Source: a virus (Duplodnaviria > Caudoviricetes). From it: a DNA stretch of 58,904 nt. The notes beneath the pieces were generated by a model. The model saw nothing but the letters and a program-made list of their open reading frames with translations. It made no database searches and was not told where the DNA came from. The translations under genes and the position numbers were made by a program. Shown here one piece after another: positions 1-9,300 of this stretch. Location: IMG/VR virus record IMGVR_UViG_3300034056_000017, positions 1-58,904 of that record; one strand, given 5' to 3'. How positions within the stretch are numbered: the stretch's first letter is position 1; every line of letters begins with the position of its first letter.

Positions 1-1
1 T

Positions 2-1255
2 GCCAAGCTCTGCCCCTGAAATCGTGGAGTATCTCGCGGCGCGGGTGACGGTGCCCAGCGTTTCCGTGGCGGCGTAAATCGGAGAGGTGGCAACTACGGA
101 TTCTTCAAGTTGGGGGAGGATGAAGTAGATAGATGCGCCAGCATTGGCTCTGAATTGGAATGTTCTTGCATTATCTCCCGGCAATACGTTTTCCGTTTTT
201 ACGCGTGAATATGACGCACTAGAAATAGCAACTTGGCTTCCTGTTTCATTAAGACCACATGATCCCGTGCCACCAGTTATGCGGGTATATGCCGACGTAG
301 AGTGTCGGTTCGTGTTTCCAGTTGCTCCTGCACACGTTGCTTGTGCTTGTGTTGTCCCAGCCGTGTTGTCCAACAAAAAAACATCGCCAAGACTACAAAT
401 ACCAATCAGTCCAGCAGTCGTCAAAGCTGCTGTATCGTCTACAATACTCAAGGTCGAAGCAGCATCCCCCGTCTTCGATATATTCGTCGTAACCGTAGGG
501 TTGGCCTTGTGGCATGTCGTTTTGTTGGTAATGGCCGGTTCACTCAGAATTCCTCCCGAAGGATTATCCGTTGCGAACCCTGTCAGGCGACTCAGGCCCG
601 ACGCGAGGGTGGTCTTTGCGCCTATCTGGACTGCTGACCCGTCTGTGTCGAGCATGGCGGGGGTTATTTCTTTGAGAGAAGCATTATCAATCTCTGCTGT
701 AGTAGTCCCAACAGCACGGAGTCTCCCATTGGTTGTCGCTGCACAAACAAAATTCTCCGTATATGTCCCTGGAGTTGTTCTGCTAGTTACAGCACCATAG
801 AATCTAACTCCACCACCAGATATGCTATTAATGGTAAAAGTGCCTTGATATGTTTTCCCGACGACGAGAGTTAATGCTGGATTTGTAGACAGGGCGTTGC
901 CATTCGCCACACTGGAAAATGTTGATACACCACCAGAAACAGTAATGCCAGCCTCACCTGACCACTTGGACGGGTCTGAAAACCCTCCATCGACTATCAG
1001 TTCACTCCCAGCCACCGCCCCATCAGCCACCGCATAGCTGATCCTCGCCCCCTCGACCACGGGGTAGCCAGCAGCGACGGTGTTGAGGACTCCGAGATTG
1101 TCAGCGATGACTACTGCGGAGGTGGCGACTTGTACCGGGGCCGTTCCCTTGGTCGTGGCGAGCGGCTGACCGCCTGGGGAGGCAGCCATGCCGAACAGCG
1201 CCAGGTAAGTGATCAGCGTCTTCCACAGCTCCCAACCCCAGAACCATTCCATCAT
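2..1255 (-). CDS. Tail/head spike-fibre protein, 5' part, truncated by the left window edge (absent from the ORF track)
   Basis: Manual translation from ATG 1255 (MMEWFWGWELWKTLITYLALFGMAA...) is open to the window edge. It contains GILSEPAITN and PQLEESVVATSPIY...TVTRAA motifs typical of phage fibre/LamG-associated proteins. The + ORF 144..800 is its antisense shadow. Confidence 0.75.
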   Translation of the reverse strand, partial: MMEWFWGWELWKTLITYLALFGMAASPGGQPLATTKGTAPVQVATSAVVIADNLGVLNTVAAGYPVVEGARISYAVADGAVAGSELIVDGGFSDPSKWSGEAGITVSGGVSTFSSVANGNALSTNPALTLVVGKTYQGTFTINSISGGGVRFYGAVTSRTTPGTYTENFVCAATTNGRLRAVGTTTAEIDNASLKEITPAMLDTDGSAVQIGAKTTLASGLSRLTGFATDNPSGGILSEPAITNKTTCHKANPTVTTNISKTGDAASTLSIVDDTAALTTAGLIGICSLGDVFLLDNTAGTTQAQATCAGATGNTNRHSTSAYTRITGGTGSCGLNETGSQVAISSASYSRVKTENVLPGDNARTFQFRANAGASIYFILPQLEESVVATSPIYAATETLGTVTRAARYSTISGAELG

Positions 1256-1368
1256 GACAAGACCCTCCGGACCAGATCCGCGATGCCGTTAGCCCGAACC
1301 TTGTAGATGAACGGGAGACCTTCAGAGATAACGATGACGCCGATCAGCGTCCAGTGCAGCCAGTCCAT
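1252..1368 (-). CDS. 38-aa membrane peptide, holin-like (MDWLHWTLIGVIVISEGLPFIYKVRANGIADLVRRVLS)
   Basis: Manual translation; AAGGAG upstream; ATGA overlap with the next gene; resembles 57454..57603. Confidence 0.6.
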   Translation of the reverse strand: MDWLHWTLIGVIVISEGLPFIYKVRANGIADLVRRVLS

Positions 1369-1369
1369 G

Positions 1370-1576
1370 TTATGCTCCTTTCGGGAGTTTCTGACAGATG
1401 GTAGTGAGCTTACCGACGCACTCCTCGCGGGTCATCTCGGGGTAGATGAGAGCCCCGCCGAAGAGCGTGTCAACCTCTTTCTTCTTCATGCCCTTCGAGG
1501 TCAAGTGATGCTCCAGATCCTGCATCTCCTGGTTCGTCATGCGAAGGTGTTTCGGTTTAAGGGAGGGCATTGACAA
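1370..1576 (-). CDS. Hypothetical protein
   Basis: Tightly packed in the late operon; natural amino-acid composition. Confidence 0.6.
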   Translation of the reverse strand: MSMPSLKPKHLRMTNQEMQDLEHHLTSKGMKKKEVDTLFGGALIYPEMTREECVGKLTTICQKLPKGA

Positions 1577-1814
1577 CCTCCTCGCAGGACAGGATCATGT
1601 AGTCAGCGTGGGCCTCGATTAGCGGCAGCACCGACTCCTCTACGATGCACTCAAGCACACCGAGGTTCGGATCGGCAACGTAGTCAGGAGAAGGGCGAAC
1701 GCTCAACTCCATCCAACTGATGTAGGCGAAGTCTTCACCGAAGCGTGGGCGGTAGGAATCATCCATTGCGCCACTACCAGCCCACGGGGATGTTATTGTC
1801 AGTTTGTAGTTCAT
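1557..1814 (-). CDS. Hypothetical protein (possible fibre chaperone)
   Basis: Overlaps the stop of the upstream fibre gene; acidic small protein. Confidence 0.6.
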   Translation of the reverse strand: MNYKLTITSPWAGSGAMDDSYRPRFGEDFAYISWMELSVRPSPDYVADPNLGVLECIVEESVLPLIEAHADYMILSCEEVVNALP

Positions 1815-3130
1815 ATCGCGTCCAGTACCGAGTCATAGCCGGTGGCAGGGTAGACTTTGAAGTTGTCAACAGCAGTCCCAGTCCCGCCATTCCCATCACC
1901 ATTAACAAACATTGCAGAACCATGTGTCTTTGGTGTTGCCAATGTCCCAGAAAGCGAAATAATGCTTCCAAGTATTGCAGTTACTGATGCCCCAACCACA
2001 CGAAGCTGACAATTATATGTTGTTGAATTTGCCACAGTCGTATTTGATGCAGCCCGATTTGCGGCAGAACCAGCAACAACTTCATAAATGACAAAAGAAT
2101 TTGATGAGCCGGGAAGAACGTTGGCCTGTACCGCGTCTCTGGCAGCAACAAAGTTTCCATTCGCATTACTTCTCGCAGCAAGCACTGAAGAATACGTGGT
2201 AGACCCTGTTGTAATATCAGCTGTTACTAATATATCAGACGCTGGAAGCCCTGAAACCTCAAACCATCCAGAACCAGACGCTGTTGTTGCTACTGTTACA
2301 GCCTTACCTGATTGCACCGTATGGGTTACTGCCCCATCCTCATAAACCTTCGTCCAGTTCCCGCCCTTGTCCAGTGCCTTACCACTGATTGCCGTCCCAT
2401 CCGCCTCACTAAAATCATCCTCTGCCACCGTAGTGACAAGGTTGGGGTAGAGGGTTTCGGTAACTTCAAGCGCAGAAAATTTATTATTGCCCCCAGAACC
2501 AACAACAGCAGCACCGGCATAAAGTGGGTTTGAATAGGATAATGACGGTGCGAATAGCAGAGTCCACAACGGGAACTCACCACCCTTAATAAAGAAGAAA
2601 CCAAGGCCGTCACCGATCACAAAGGCGAGATCGTATGTGCCGGTATTGGAGACGTTTCCGATTTTTATAATACTTGCAAACCCATTAAGACCCACATACA
2701 GAGTAGTATCGCTGTGCGGATAAAAAGCTGCTTTTGCGTTAGGAGGGGAAAAGAGCGCAGACGATTCGCCAACACCAACAATCGCCCTGCACGTTGCACT
2801 TTGCTCCGCCCCAGTTGCCTTGAAAATCCTCCCTATTGAGGCAGTAAATGCCTGTTGAGAAATCACCCCTGTTTCAGGCCAATCCAGATTCCCCGTGAGC
2901 ACCAGCTTGCTTGATGCTATGGCGACACTTCCGCTAGACGTATCCACCACCGTCAGCGACCCAACCACCATCCCCTCGGCAGCGGTATCAAGCACCTGCC
3001 CATTAGTCAGGGTAGCAGGAGTCGCCGCAGAGAAGTCCGTCTTCAGCAGGTACGCCACCCCCGTGGCCTCGTCAACCTTGGTGACGAACCATTCCCAGAG
3101 GTGCCTGAAATTGAGGGAGAACGGCGCCAT
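1811..3130 (-). CDS. Putative receptor-binding/spike protein, beta-rich lectin-like domains
   Basis: 439 aa rich in G/S/T/A/V; EDDFSEADGT...VDNFKV beta-sandwich pattern; body visibly lower in GC than its 5' end. Confidence 0.65.
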   Translation of the reverse strand: MAPFSLNFRHLWEWFVTKVDEATGVAYLLKTDFSAATPATLTNGQVLDTAAEGMVVGSLTVVDTSSGSVAIASSKLVLTGNLDWPETGVISQQAFTASIGRIFKATGAEQSATCRAIVGVGESSALFSPPNAKAAFYPHSDTTLYVGLNGFASIIKIGNVSNTGTYDLAFVIGDGLGFFFIKGGEFPLWTLLFAPSLSYSNPLYAGAAVVGSGGNNKFSALEVTETLYPNLVTTVAEDDFSEADGTAISGKALDKGGNWTKVYEDGAVTHTVQSGKAVTVATTASGSGWFEVSGLPASDILVTADITTGSTTYSSVLAARSNANGNFVAARDAVQANVLPGSSNSFVIYEVVAGSAANRAASNTTVANSTTYNCQLRVVGASVTAILGSIISLSGTLATPKTHGSAMFVNGDGNGGTGTAVDNFKVYPATGYDSVLDAI

Positions 3131-4041
3131 TACAGGAAGTGCAGTATCAGTTCAGCCGTGACGTTGGTGCCGGCGGCAGCCGTGGTCAGGCAGTGTCCAA
3201 CTTCTTTGAAGTGCTCCGTGTCGGAATCAGATCTGAAGATGACCTGATCGACGTACAGCCGGTCTCCCGCCACACCTGCGTCAGCGCCGTAGAGCCGCAC
3301 GCGCATCTCTCCAGCGTTGATCATGTCGGCAGTGATCGCCGCACTGATCACAGTCACGTCGGTCGTCCCGGCTGCGGCCAAGGTGTCGATCAGCACCCAG
3401 CTCCCACCGCCTGCAACGTAGTCCCAGATGCTGATCGTCACACCGGCCGCGCGGTTGGCGCCGAAGTAGCCATTGAACCGGATCTCCGTCGGCGTCTCGG
3501 TCACCCCGGTGAAGATGACCCTGGCGTCGATGCTCGGCGCCCCTGTGGTCCCACCGATGGTCAGCTTCACCCCGTTGTTCAGGCGAGTGTCAGCGATCGT
3601 GCCGCTGATCGTCACACCGTTGGCGGTGTCGTAGGTGATCGATGTCGCCGGGAAGTCCAGGCCCGGCATGTCCTGCGTGATACACCTCCCGGCGGTCGTC
3701 GGTGACAGGCGCACCCAATCGTTCGGTGCTGCCGCGTAGCCGTCCTCCAGGATGAAGGTCGCCTTGCTCCCGGGAACAGTGGTGATCCACGTCGGGTGAC
3801 CGTCCGGCACGCCGTTCTCCGCAACGAAACCGGTAACCACATAGGGGTTCGTCGCGGCAATGAAGCCGCCATCCGATGCGGTGTCAATGTTGACAGCCGT
3901 GCCTTTCACCGACGGGGCTCCGGTCTTGTTGATCAACTGGATGCGCCCCCACGCCGGCAGGGCGTCGTCCTCGATGACGCCGTTGACGCGCAGGTTGAAG
4001 GTGCGATTGTCTTCTACACAGGTGACGTTCATGGGGTCCAT
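3130..4041 (-). CDS. Virion structural/fibre-associated protein
   Basis: 303 aa G/T/A-rich; coupled to neighbours in the tail cluster. Confidence 0.6.
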   Translation of the reverse strand: MDPMNVTCVEDNRTFNLRVNGVIEDDALPAWGRIQLINKTGAPSVKGTAVNIDTASDGGFIAATNPYVVTGFVAENGVPDGHPTWITTVPGSKATFILEDGYAAAPNDWVRLSPTTAGRCITQDMPGLDFPATSITYDTANGVTISGTIADTRLNNGVKLTIGGTTGAPSIDARVIFTGVTETPTEIRFNGYFGANRAAGVTISIWDYVAGGGSWVLIDTLAAAGTTDVTVISAAITADMINAGEMRVRLYGADAGVAGDRLYVDQVIFRSDSDTEHFKEVGHCLTTAAAGTNVTAELILHFL

Positions 4042-4520
4042 CCGCTTTCAATGTCAATGGCGTCAAGCTCTGCCCCGGTTGAGGCCGCCATGATGAGGTC
4101 GAACAGGTCGGACTCGCGGGAGAAGGCGAAGTCGTGCAGCGCCCCCACGGCCTCGAAGAGATCCTTGATCTGCGCCTTGGTCAGCTCACCCAGGCCGGCA
4201 CGCTTGATGGTCTTGCCGGGCTTGTCGGCCAGGTAGTCGAGCGAGGAGGTGAACAGCACCAGGGCTTCCTTGTCGCTCGGGATCAGCTTGCCACCCACGT
4301 CGATGCCGGACTCAGCCACCTTGATGCGCTTGGCCTTGATGCGCTCGATCAGTGCGGCCTTCTCTTTGGCGAGATCCCGCGGCGGCTTGCTGAAGCTCAC
4401 ACCGTCCCACAGGTCGCCAACGTCGGCATGGGTGCCGTCGATCATGCCGGGGAACTGGTCAAGCCGGTCCACCGCCCAGACGGCAACGACGACGCCGTTC
4501 TCTACGATTGCGCCTCTCAT
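4029..4520 (-). CDS. Tail fibre assembly/chaperone protein (DUF4376-like)
   Basis: Directly downstream of the fibre gene; N-term AIVENGVVV...VGDLWDGVSFSKP and C-term ELDAIDIESGW patterns. Confidence 0.7.
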   Translation of the reverse strand: MRGAIVENGVVVAVWAVDRLDQFPGMIDGTHADVGDLWDGVSFSKPPRDLAKEKAALIERIKAKRIKVAESGIDVGGKLIPSDKEALVLFTSSLDYLADKPGKTIKRAGLGELTKAQIKDLFEAVGALHDFAFSRESDLFDLIMAASTGAELDAIDIESGWTP

Positions 4521-6268
4521 ACGATACCCCAGAGGATAGCTTTGCCATCACCACCAGCACCGCCAACACCGGCACCCGTTCCGCCCCCGCCGCCGCCCGG
4601 CTGCGACCCTGCGACACCCGCCGTGGCGTGACCGGCACCACCGTTGCCGCCGAAGATGGAAGTGCCTGGCACAACAAGCAGCGAGTTGTAAACTGAACCG
4701 CCGCCAGCTCCACCGTAAACACTATTCCCAGCGGATGCGCCACCGCCAGCTCCAGCTCCACCGCCACCGCCATAAGCCGAATGACCGCCTATTGTAGATC
4801 CGAGAGGGTAAGCTCCTTGCCCACCACCATACCCGTGATTGTTGATCCCTAGATCGGTTCGTGGTTGCCCACCGTAGGGGGATGTGCCCCCAAGACCAAC
4901 CGACAACGCGCCACCGCCCCCGCCGCCCCCCGCATCTGAAGCGTTCGCAGCGTGTGACCCCCCACCCCCACCATAAGCCGTGATCGCGGTGTATCCTGAC
5001 GCAACATTGAGGACAGTGTTCCCCCCAACGGCCCCAGAACCGGCTGACCCGGCGGCCTTTCCGGCTCCACCTGCCGCAACCGTCAGCGTCTCGCTGGCAT
5101 CGAGCATGGCAACCGGGACGGAGATGGGGACACATGCACCGCCACCGCCGCCGCCGGCTGAATTGGCTAAACTGTTCGCGTTCGCCCCGCCGCCACCGCC
5201 GCCCCGCAGCAGGCCACCGATGCGACTGTAGCCGGAGAGCGGCTTCGTGAAGGTCTGCGCCCCGGCGGTCGTGAACTCTTGGTAGAACGGACTCAGCACC
5301 ACGGTCTTAAAGTTCGACCCGTCACAGACGATCAGCCGCGTCTCCTGCGGCAGGATCGGGAAGGCATCACTCGCCACGCCGTCGATCGTCTCCGCGCCGT
5401 CAGGGTTGAGCGTCACCGGCGTGGCCGCGGTGTTGCGCACGATGCACCACCAGCCGTCGCCCAGTGTGGCCGCGGCAGTGATGGTCTGCGTGAAGGCTGC
5501 CGTGCAGTCGAAGTACTTGCCCTGGTCCGCTGCCGCCCAGATGGTGTTGCTGGAGCGTGCGACGTAGGGGATCTTGTCGGCGGCGACCAGCGCGTTGAGC
5601 TGCGTCTGGATGGCCGATGTGGCGCCGCCCAGGTAGCCGACCTCGGTAGCCGTCGCGGTCGAAGCCGCCAGGCCACCATTGGCATCCGTGACCAACGCCC
5701 GGCTGGCGGTCAGCGCCACGGCCTCCAGCGCCGTACCGGCTGCGTTGACCTGCACCTGGTCGTAGGCGGTGGCCAGGCCGATGCCTAGCTGTTGGAAGTT
5801 AATGCTCCCAGGAGGCGCTCCGGCAGCCACAGCCGCATCGATGTACGCCTTGGTGACGTTGCTCGAGCCGTGGACCTGGCGCCAGTGCGTGCCGTTGTAG
5901 ACCAGCGCCACGACGCAGGACGTGGTGAGGTCACCGAGTGAGACCGGGTAGCCGTCCGCAGTGACGATCGCCTTGACACCGAGGGTGTCGACGTTGACCG
6001 TTGCCGCTCCGGTGTTGGCGTGGTTGGGTAGGAAGCCGATGGCGGCGCCGGCAGCCAGCGCCGTGACACCTTTTTGCGTGGTGACGACGTAGGCGCCAGC
6101 CGACCCGGCGCAGGTGCCGAAGGACACCTTGCCGTCGTAGATCGACGCCTTGGTCGGCAGCAGGTCAAAGGCGGCCTTGAGATCCTTGAACTGATCACGC
6201 ACCGAGGCCGACGTGGCAGGGCTTAGGAACGGGGGATTGAGCGTGTTATTGTAATAGTCGTTGGCCAT
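4517..6268 (-). CDS. Tail fibre protein with glycine-rich C-terminal domain
   Basis: Probable start ATG 6268 (GAGGA RBS); NHANTGAATVNVDTLG fibre motif; long GGGGG repeats. Confidence 0.85.
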   Translation of the reverse strand: MANDYYNNTLNPPFLSPATSASVRDQFKDLKAAFDLLPTKASIYDGKVSFGTCAGSAGAYVVTTQKGVTALAAGAAIGFLPNHANTGAATVNVDTLGVKAIVTADGYPVSLGDLTTSCVVALVYNGTHWRQVHGSSNVTKAYIDAAVAAGAPPGSINFQQLGIGLATAYDQVQVNAAGTALEAVALTASRALVTDANGGLAASTATATEVGYLGGATSAIQTQLNALVAADKIPYVARSSNTIWAAADQGKYFDCTAAFTQTITAAATLGDGWWCIVRNTAATPVTLNPDGAETIDGVASDAFPILPQETRLIVCDGSNFKTVVLSPFYQEFTTAGAQTFTKPLSGYSRIGGLLRGGGGGGANANSLANSAGGGGGGACVPISVPVAMLDASETLTVAAGGAGKAAGSAGSGAVGGNTVLNVASGYTAITAYGGGGGSHAANASDAGGGGGGGALSVGLGGTSPYGGQPRTDLGINNHGYGGGQGAYPLGSTIGGHSAYGGGGGAGAGGGASAGNSVYGGAGGGSVYNSLLVVPGTSIFGGNGGAGHATAGVAGSQPGGGGGGTGAGVGGAGGDGKAILWGIV

Positions 6269-6281
6269 GTCATCCTCAAAG

Positions 6282-6348
6282 GAAAGCCCCGCCACTGTTC
6301 GATTGACTCGATCAGTGAGCGGGGCGTTGTTCCGCGCGACTCGATGTT
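6282..6348 (-). promoter_or_regulatory. Conserved structured leader, copy 1 (upstream of the tail fibre operon)
   Basis: Minus strand CGCGCGGAACA-A-CGCCCCGC...GCGGGGCTTTC; second copy at 32527-32596; candidate promoter TTGATT-N17-TATAGA at 6381-6353. Confidence 0.7.
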
Positions 6349-6377
6349 GGTTTCTATACCACCAAACGACAATTAAA

Positions 6378-9300
6378 TCAAGGCAATGTGTCCAAGAACT
6401 CGCGGTAGATTACATCCTCTTCCGCTTCGATCGCCCTGATCTCCTTGCGCCGCTGGCTCATCGACTTGGTCGGGTCGTTGCGGATGGTATCGATCAGCTC
6501 ACGCAGCGCCGCGGCGCGCTTCGCCTCGGCCTCTGCGCTCTTGGAGATGTCGATCAGTTCACCGTGCTCGGCGTACAGCTCGTCGGCCACCTCGGTGGCG
6601 CCGCCCTTGTTGGCTGCGCGATACTGCGCCCGGTACTTCTTCGCCTCCGCCTTCGCTTCGTTGAACGCGCGCCGGCTGTCTTGCACCGTGTTCTCCCGAC
6701 GGATGATGTTGACCATCGGCACCTCGGCCTCGGTCACGCTGCCGTTCCACGCCGCGCCGCCATCCATACCGAGGGCGGGGATCGGCGGACCAGCGAAGCC
6801 GTAGACCTGGTCGAGGAACGTGTAGGCGCCACCCATCAGGCTGCGCGCGTAGTGCTTGATCGACTCGGGGGAGACGTCGACCGCACCCTCGTTGAACGGG
6901 CTGCCGCCGGTCGCCTCGTTCAGCCCGGTGGCCACCTTGTCGTACCAGGTGCCGCGGGTGTTGCGCCACATGTTCTGGCTGTCCGGGGTGTCCTCCCTGT
7001 ACTGAGTCGGCTGGATCTTACCGCCGAAGTTGTTCTGGTTGAGCGCCGGAGCCAGGGCGATGTTCAGCGCGGTCGGCAGCATGTTGAACCAGCCAAGGAT
7101 GTTGGCCTCCTCATTGATCGGGTTGCCCACCGGGGAGAAGGCGTCGACGAAGCTGGACGCCAGATTCCATCCGCTCTTCTGGTCGAACTTCCCGTTGACC
7201 GCGTCGTTGACCGCGTAGCCCAGACCGACGAAGAAGCTAAACTCGTAAGGCAGCGGCAGGGTGATCTGACCGCGCTCCTTGTTGGTCGGGTCGGGGAAGA
7301 TCAGGTTGCGGTCCTTGGTGCTGCGCGAGATGATCTCCCACTCGTCGTCATCGTCACCGAGGGCACGCACCAGCTGGGCCGACATGTAGCCGATGGCGGC
7401 CAGCGAGCCGACGGCGCCCCACACCTGCGCCTTGTGCTTGGCGCGGAACATGGCGTAGGAGGCGCGGGTCACGCCCTGGATCGCCGGGTTGAAGAACAGG
7501 TAGAGGGCGGACAGGTTGGCGCCCCACTCACCGCGCTTGTCGAAGTTGAGCGTCACGTTCTTGGCCGCAGCTGCCGACTCGGAACGGGACTTGCCCTCTT
7601 CCACCAGGGTACGGTAGGTGGCCAGCCGGTATGCGTTTTCCGACACGCTGTTCAGCGCCTCGACACTGTCGATGAACCAGCGCGCCGGGGAGTACTTGCC
7701 ACGCCGCGCAGCATTCAGCCCGGAGGCGGCCACGGCCTTGGTGTGAGCGTACATCGGTGACTTACCCTGACGCAGCAGATCGTCACGGGTGCGCTTGTAC
7801 TTCTCCTGCATCCCCATCTCGCGCTGGTACATGGTCGTCATCTTCTCACCGACCTGCTCCAGCGTGCCGAGCCAGGCGGCGCCGGTCGACCCGCCATCGT
7901 TGGTGTACTTGTCCACCCACGGGTCGCTGCGACGGTCGCCCGTGCGCAGGTACGTCAGCAGGCTCTTCACCGCCCTCGGGTAGTTGGCGAGGATCTTACC
8001 AGTCACCGTGATGCCGTAGTCCCCGGTGATGTTGATCGTGCCGGCCAGGGCATCGCGGATCGTGTTACGGATCGTGAATCGCGGATCGTACCCGGTGTAT
8101 GCGCGGGAGAGGAAGTTGTTGATCTGCTTGCCGACGTTCAGGACCGACGCCACCTTCTCGACGCCGACCGCAGTCAGGGAGCCGGCCAACACTTCGTCGT
8201 TGAGCTGGATGCGGACCTGCTTGCCGTTAACGTAGGCGTTGATCTCGTTGGGCTGCAGCATCGGGCTCGACATGAAGACGACCGTGGGGTCGGTGCTCTT
8301 AACGACCTTGTACTCGCTGAACGGCCGACCGCTGGTGGCCATGATCGACTGGATGTGCTGGTGAGCCTGAGTCTGCCCACTGACACCAGGGGAGTCGGGG
8401 AACGCGGCCAGAGGCGTGCCCTGGAAGTAGACCGTGTAGGTTGCGACGTTGCGCACCGAAGGGCGCTTCTGCGGCTTGCCGACGGTGCCCACTGCCGGGT
8501 TGTTGGTCTCGAGCAGCATCTGCGCCACGGAGAGGTTGACCTTGTTCTTCTCGACCGCCCGGTAGGCCATCTCGCGCATGTTGATGATGTTCTCGATTAC
8601 CATCTCGTCGCGCAGCCCGTGACCCATGCGGCGCTTCTGCCGGTTGTTAACCTTCTGCCCCTGGCCGGCGCCGCGGGAGATGGCCTCCTGGTCGCCACGC
8701 ACCGGGACGTAGTAGCCGTAGCTGGTGTCCCATGCGTCCTTGGTGTCCTGGTCGATGAGCCCCTCGCGCAGGAGCAGATCAGCGGTGCCCTTGGTGAACG
8801 CCTGCCACTGGTCCGAGATGCGCTTGAGATCCGTCGAGGCGCCGGAGAGGATGTCGCGTGCGTCGATCACATCGTAGCCGGCGGCCACCGCCGCAGCGAT
8901 CTCAGCGTCGGTGGTGGCGTAGCCGTAGGCCAGCTTGGTCGGGTCGCCGTGCAGCTTCTGTATGGCGGCGTTGGCCTCAGCAGCGTGGCGCGCGAGCAGG
9001 TAGTCGTTGATGTCGTCCAGGGGGATCTTCAGCTTGGCGGCTTCCATCACCAGGGGTGCCACGTCAGTCTCGACGAAGCGCACCAGGCGGTCGGCAACCT
9101 TGCCGTTCATGGTATAGAGCCCACGGGCAGCGTTGGCCAGCTCGGACAGCTGCGTGCCAGTCTCAGTGATCCACTCCTGCAGGGTGGCGACCCGGTTGTA
9201 GCGGTCCTGCACCTTGCGCAGGAACAGCTGCAGGTAGGTCTCCGTCGGCGTGCCATTGGCGTTGAGGCGGCGGGAGGAGTACTTCACAAACTCACCAGGC

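Noticed and set aside
1-6268. Diversity-generating retroelement acting on fibre genes
   Set aside because: No reverse transcriptase and no template/variable repeat pair noticed.
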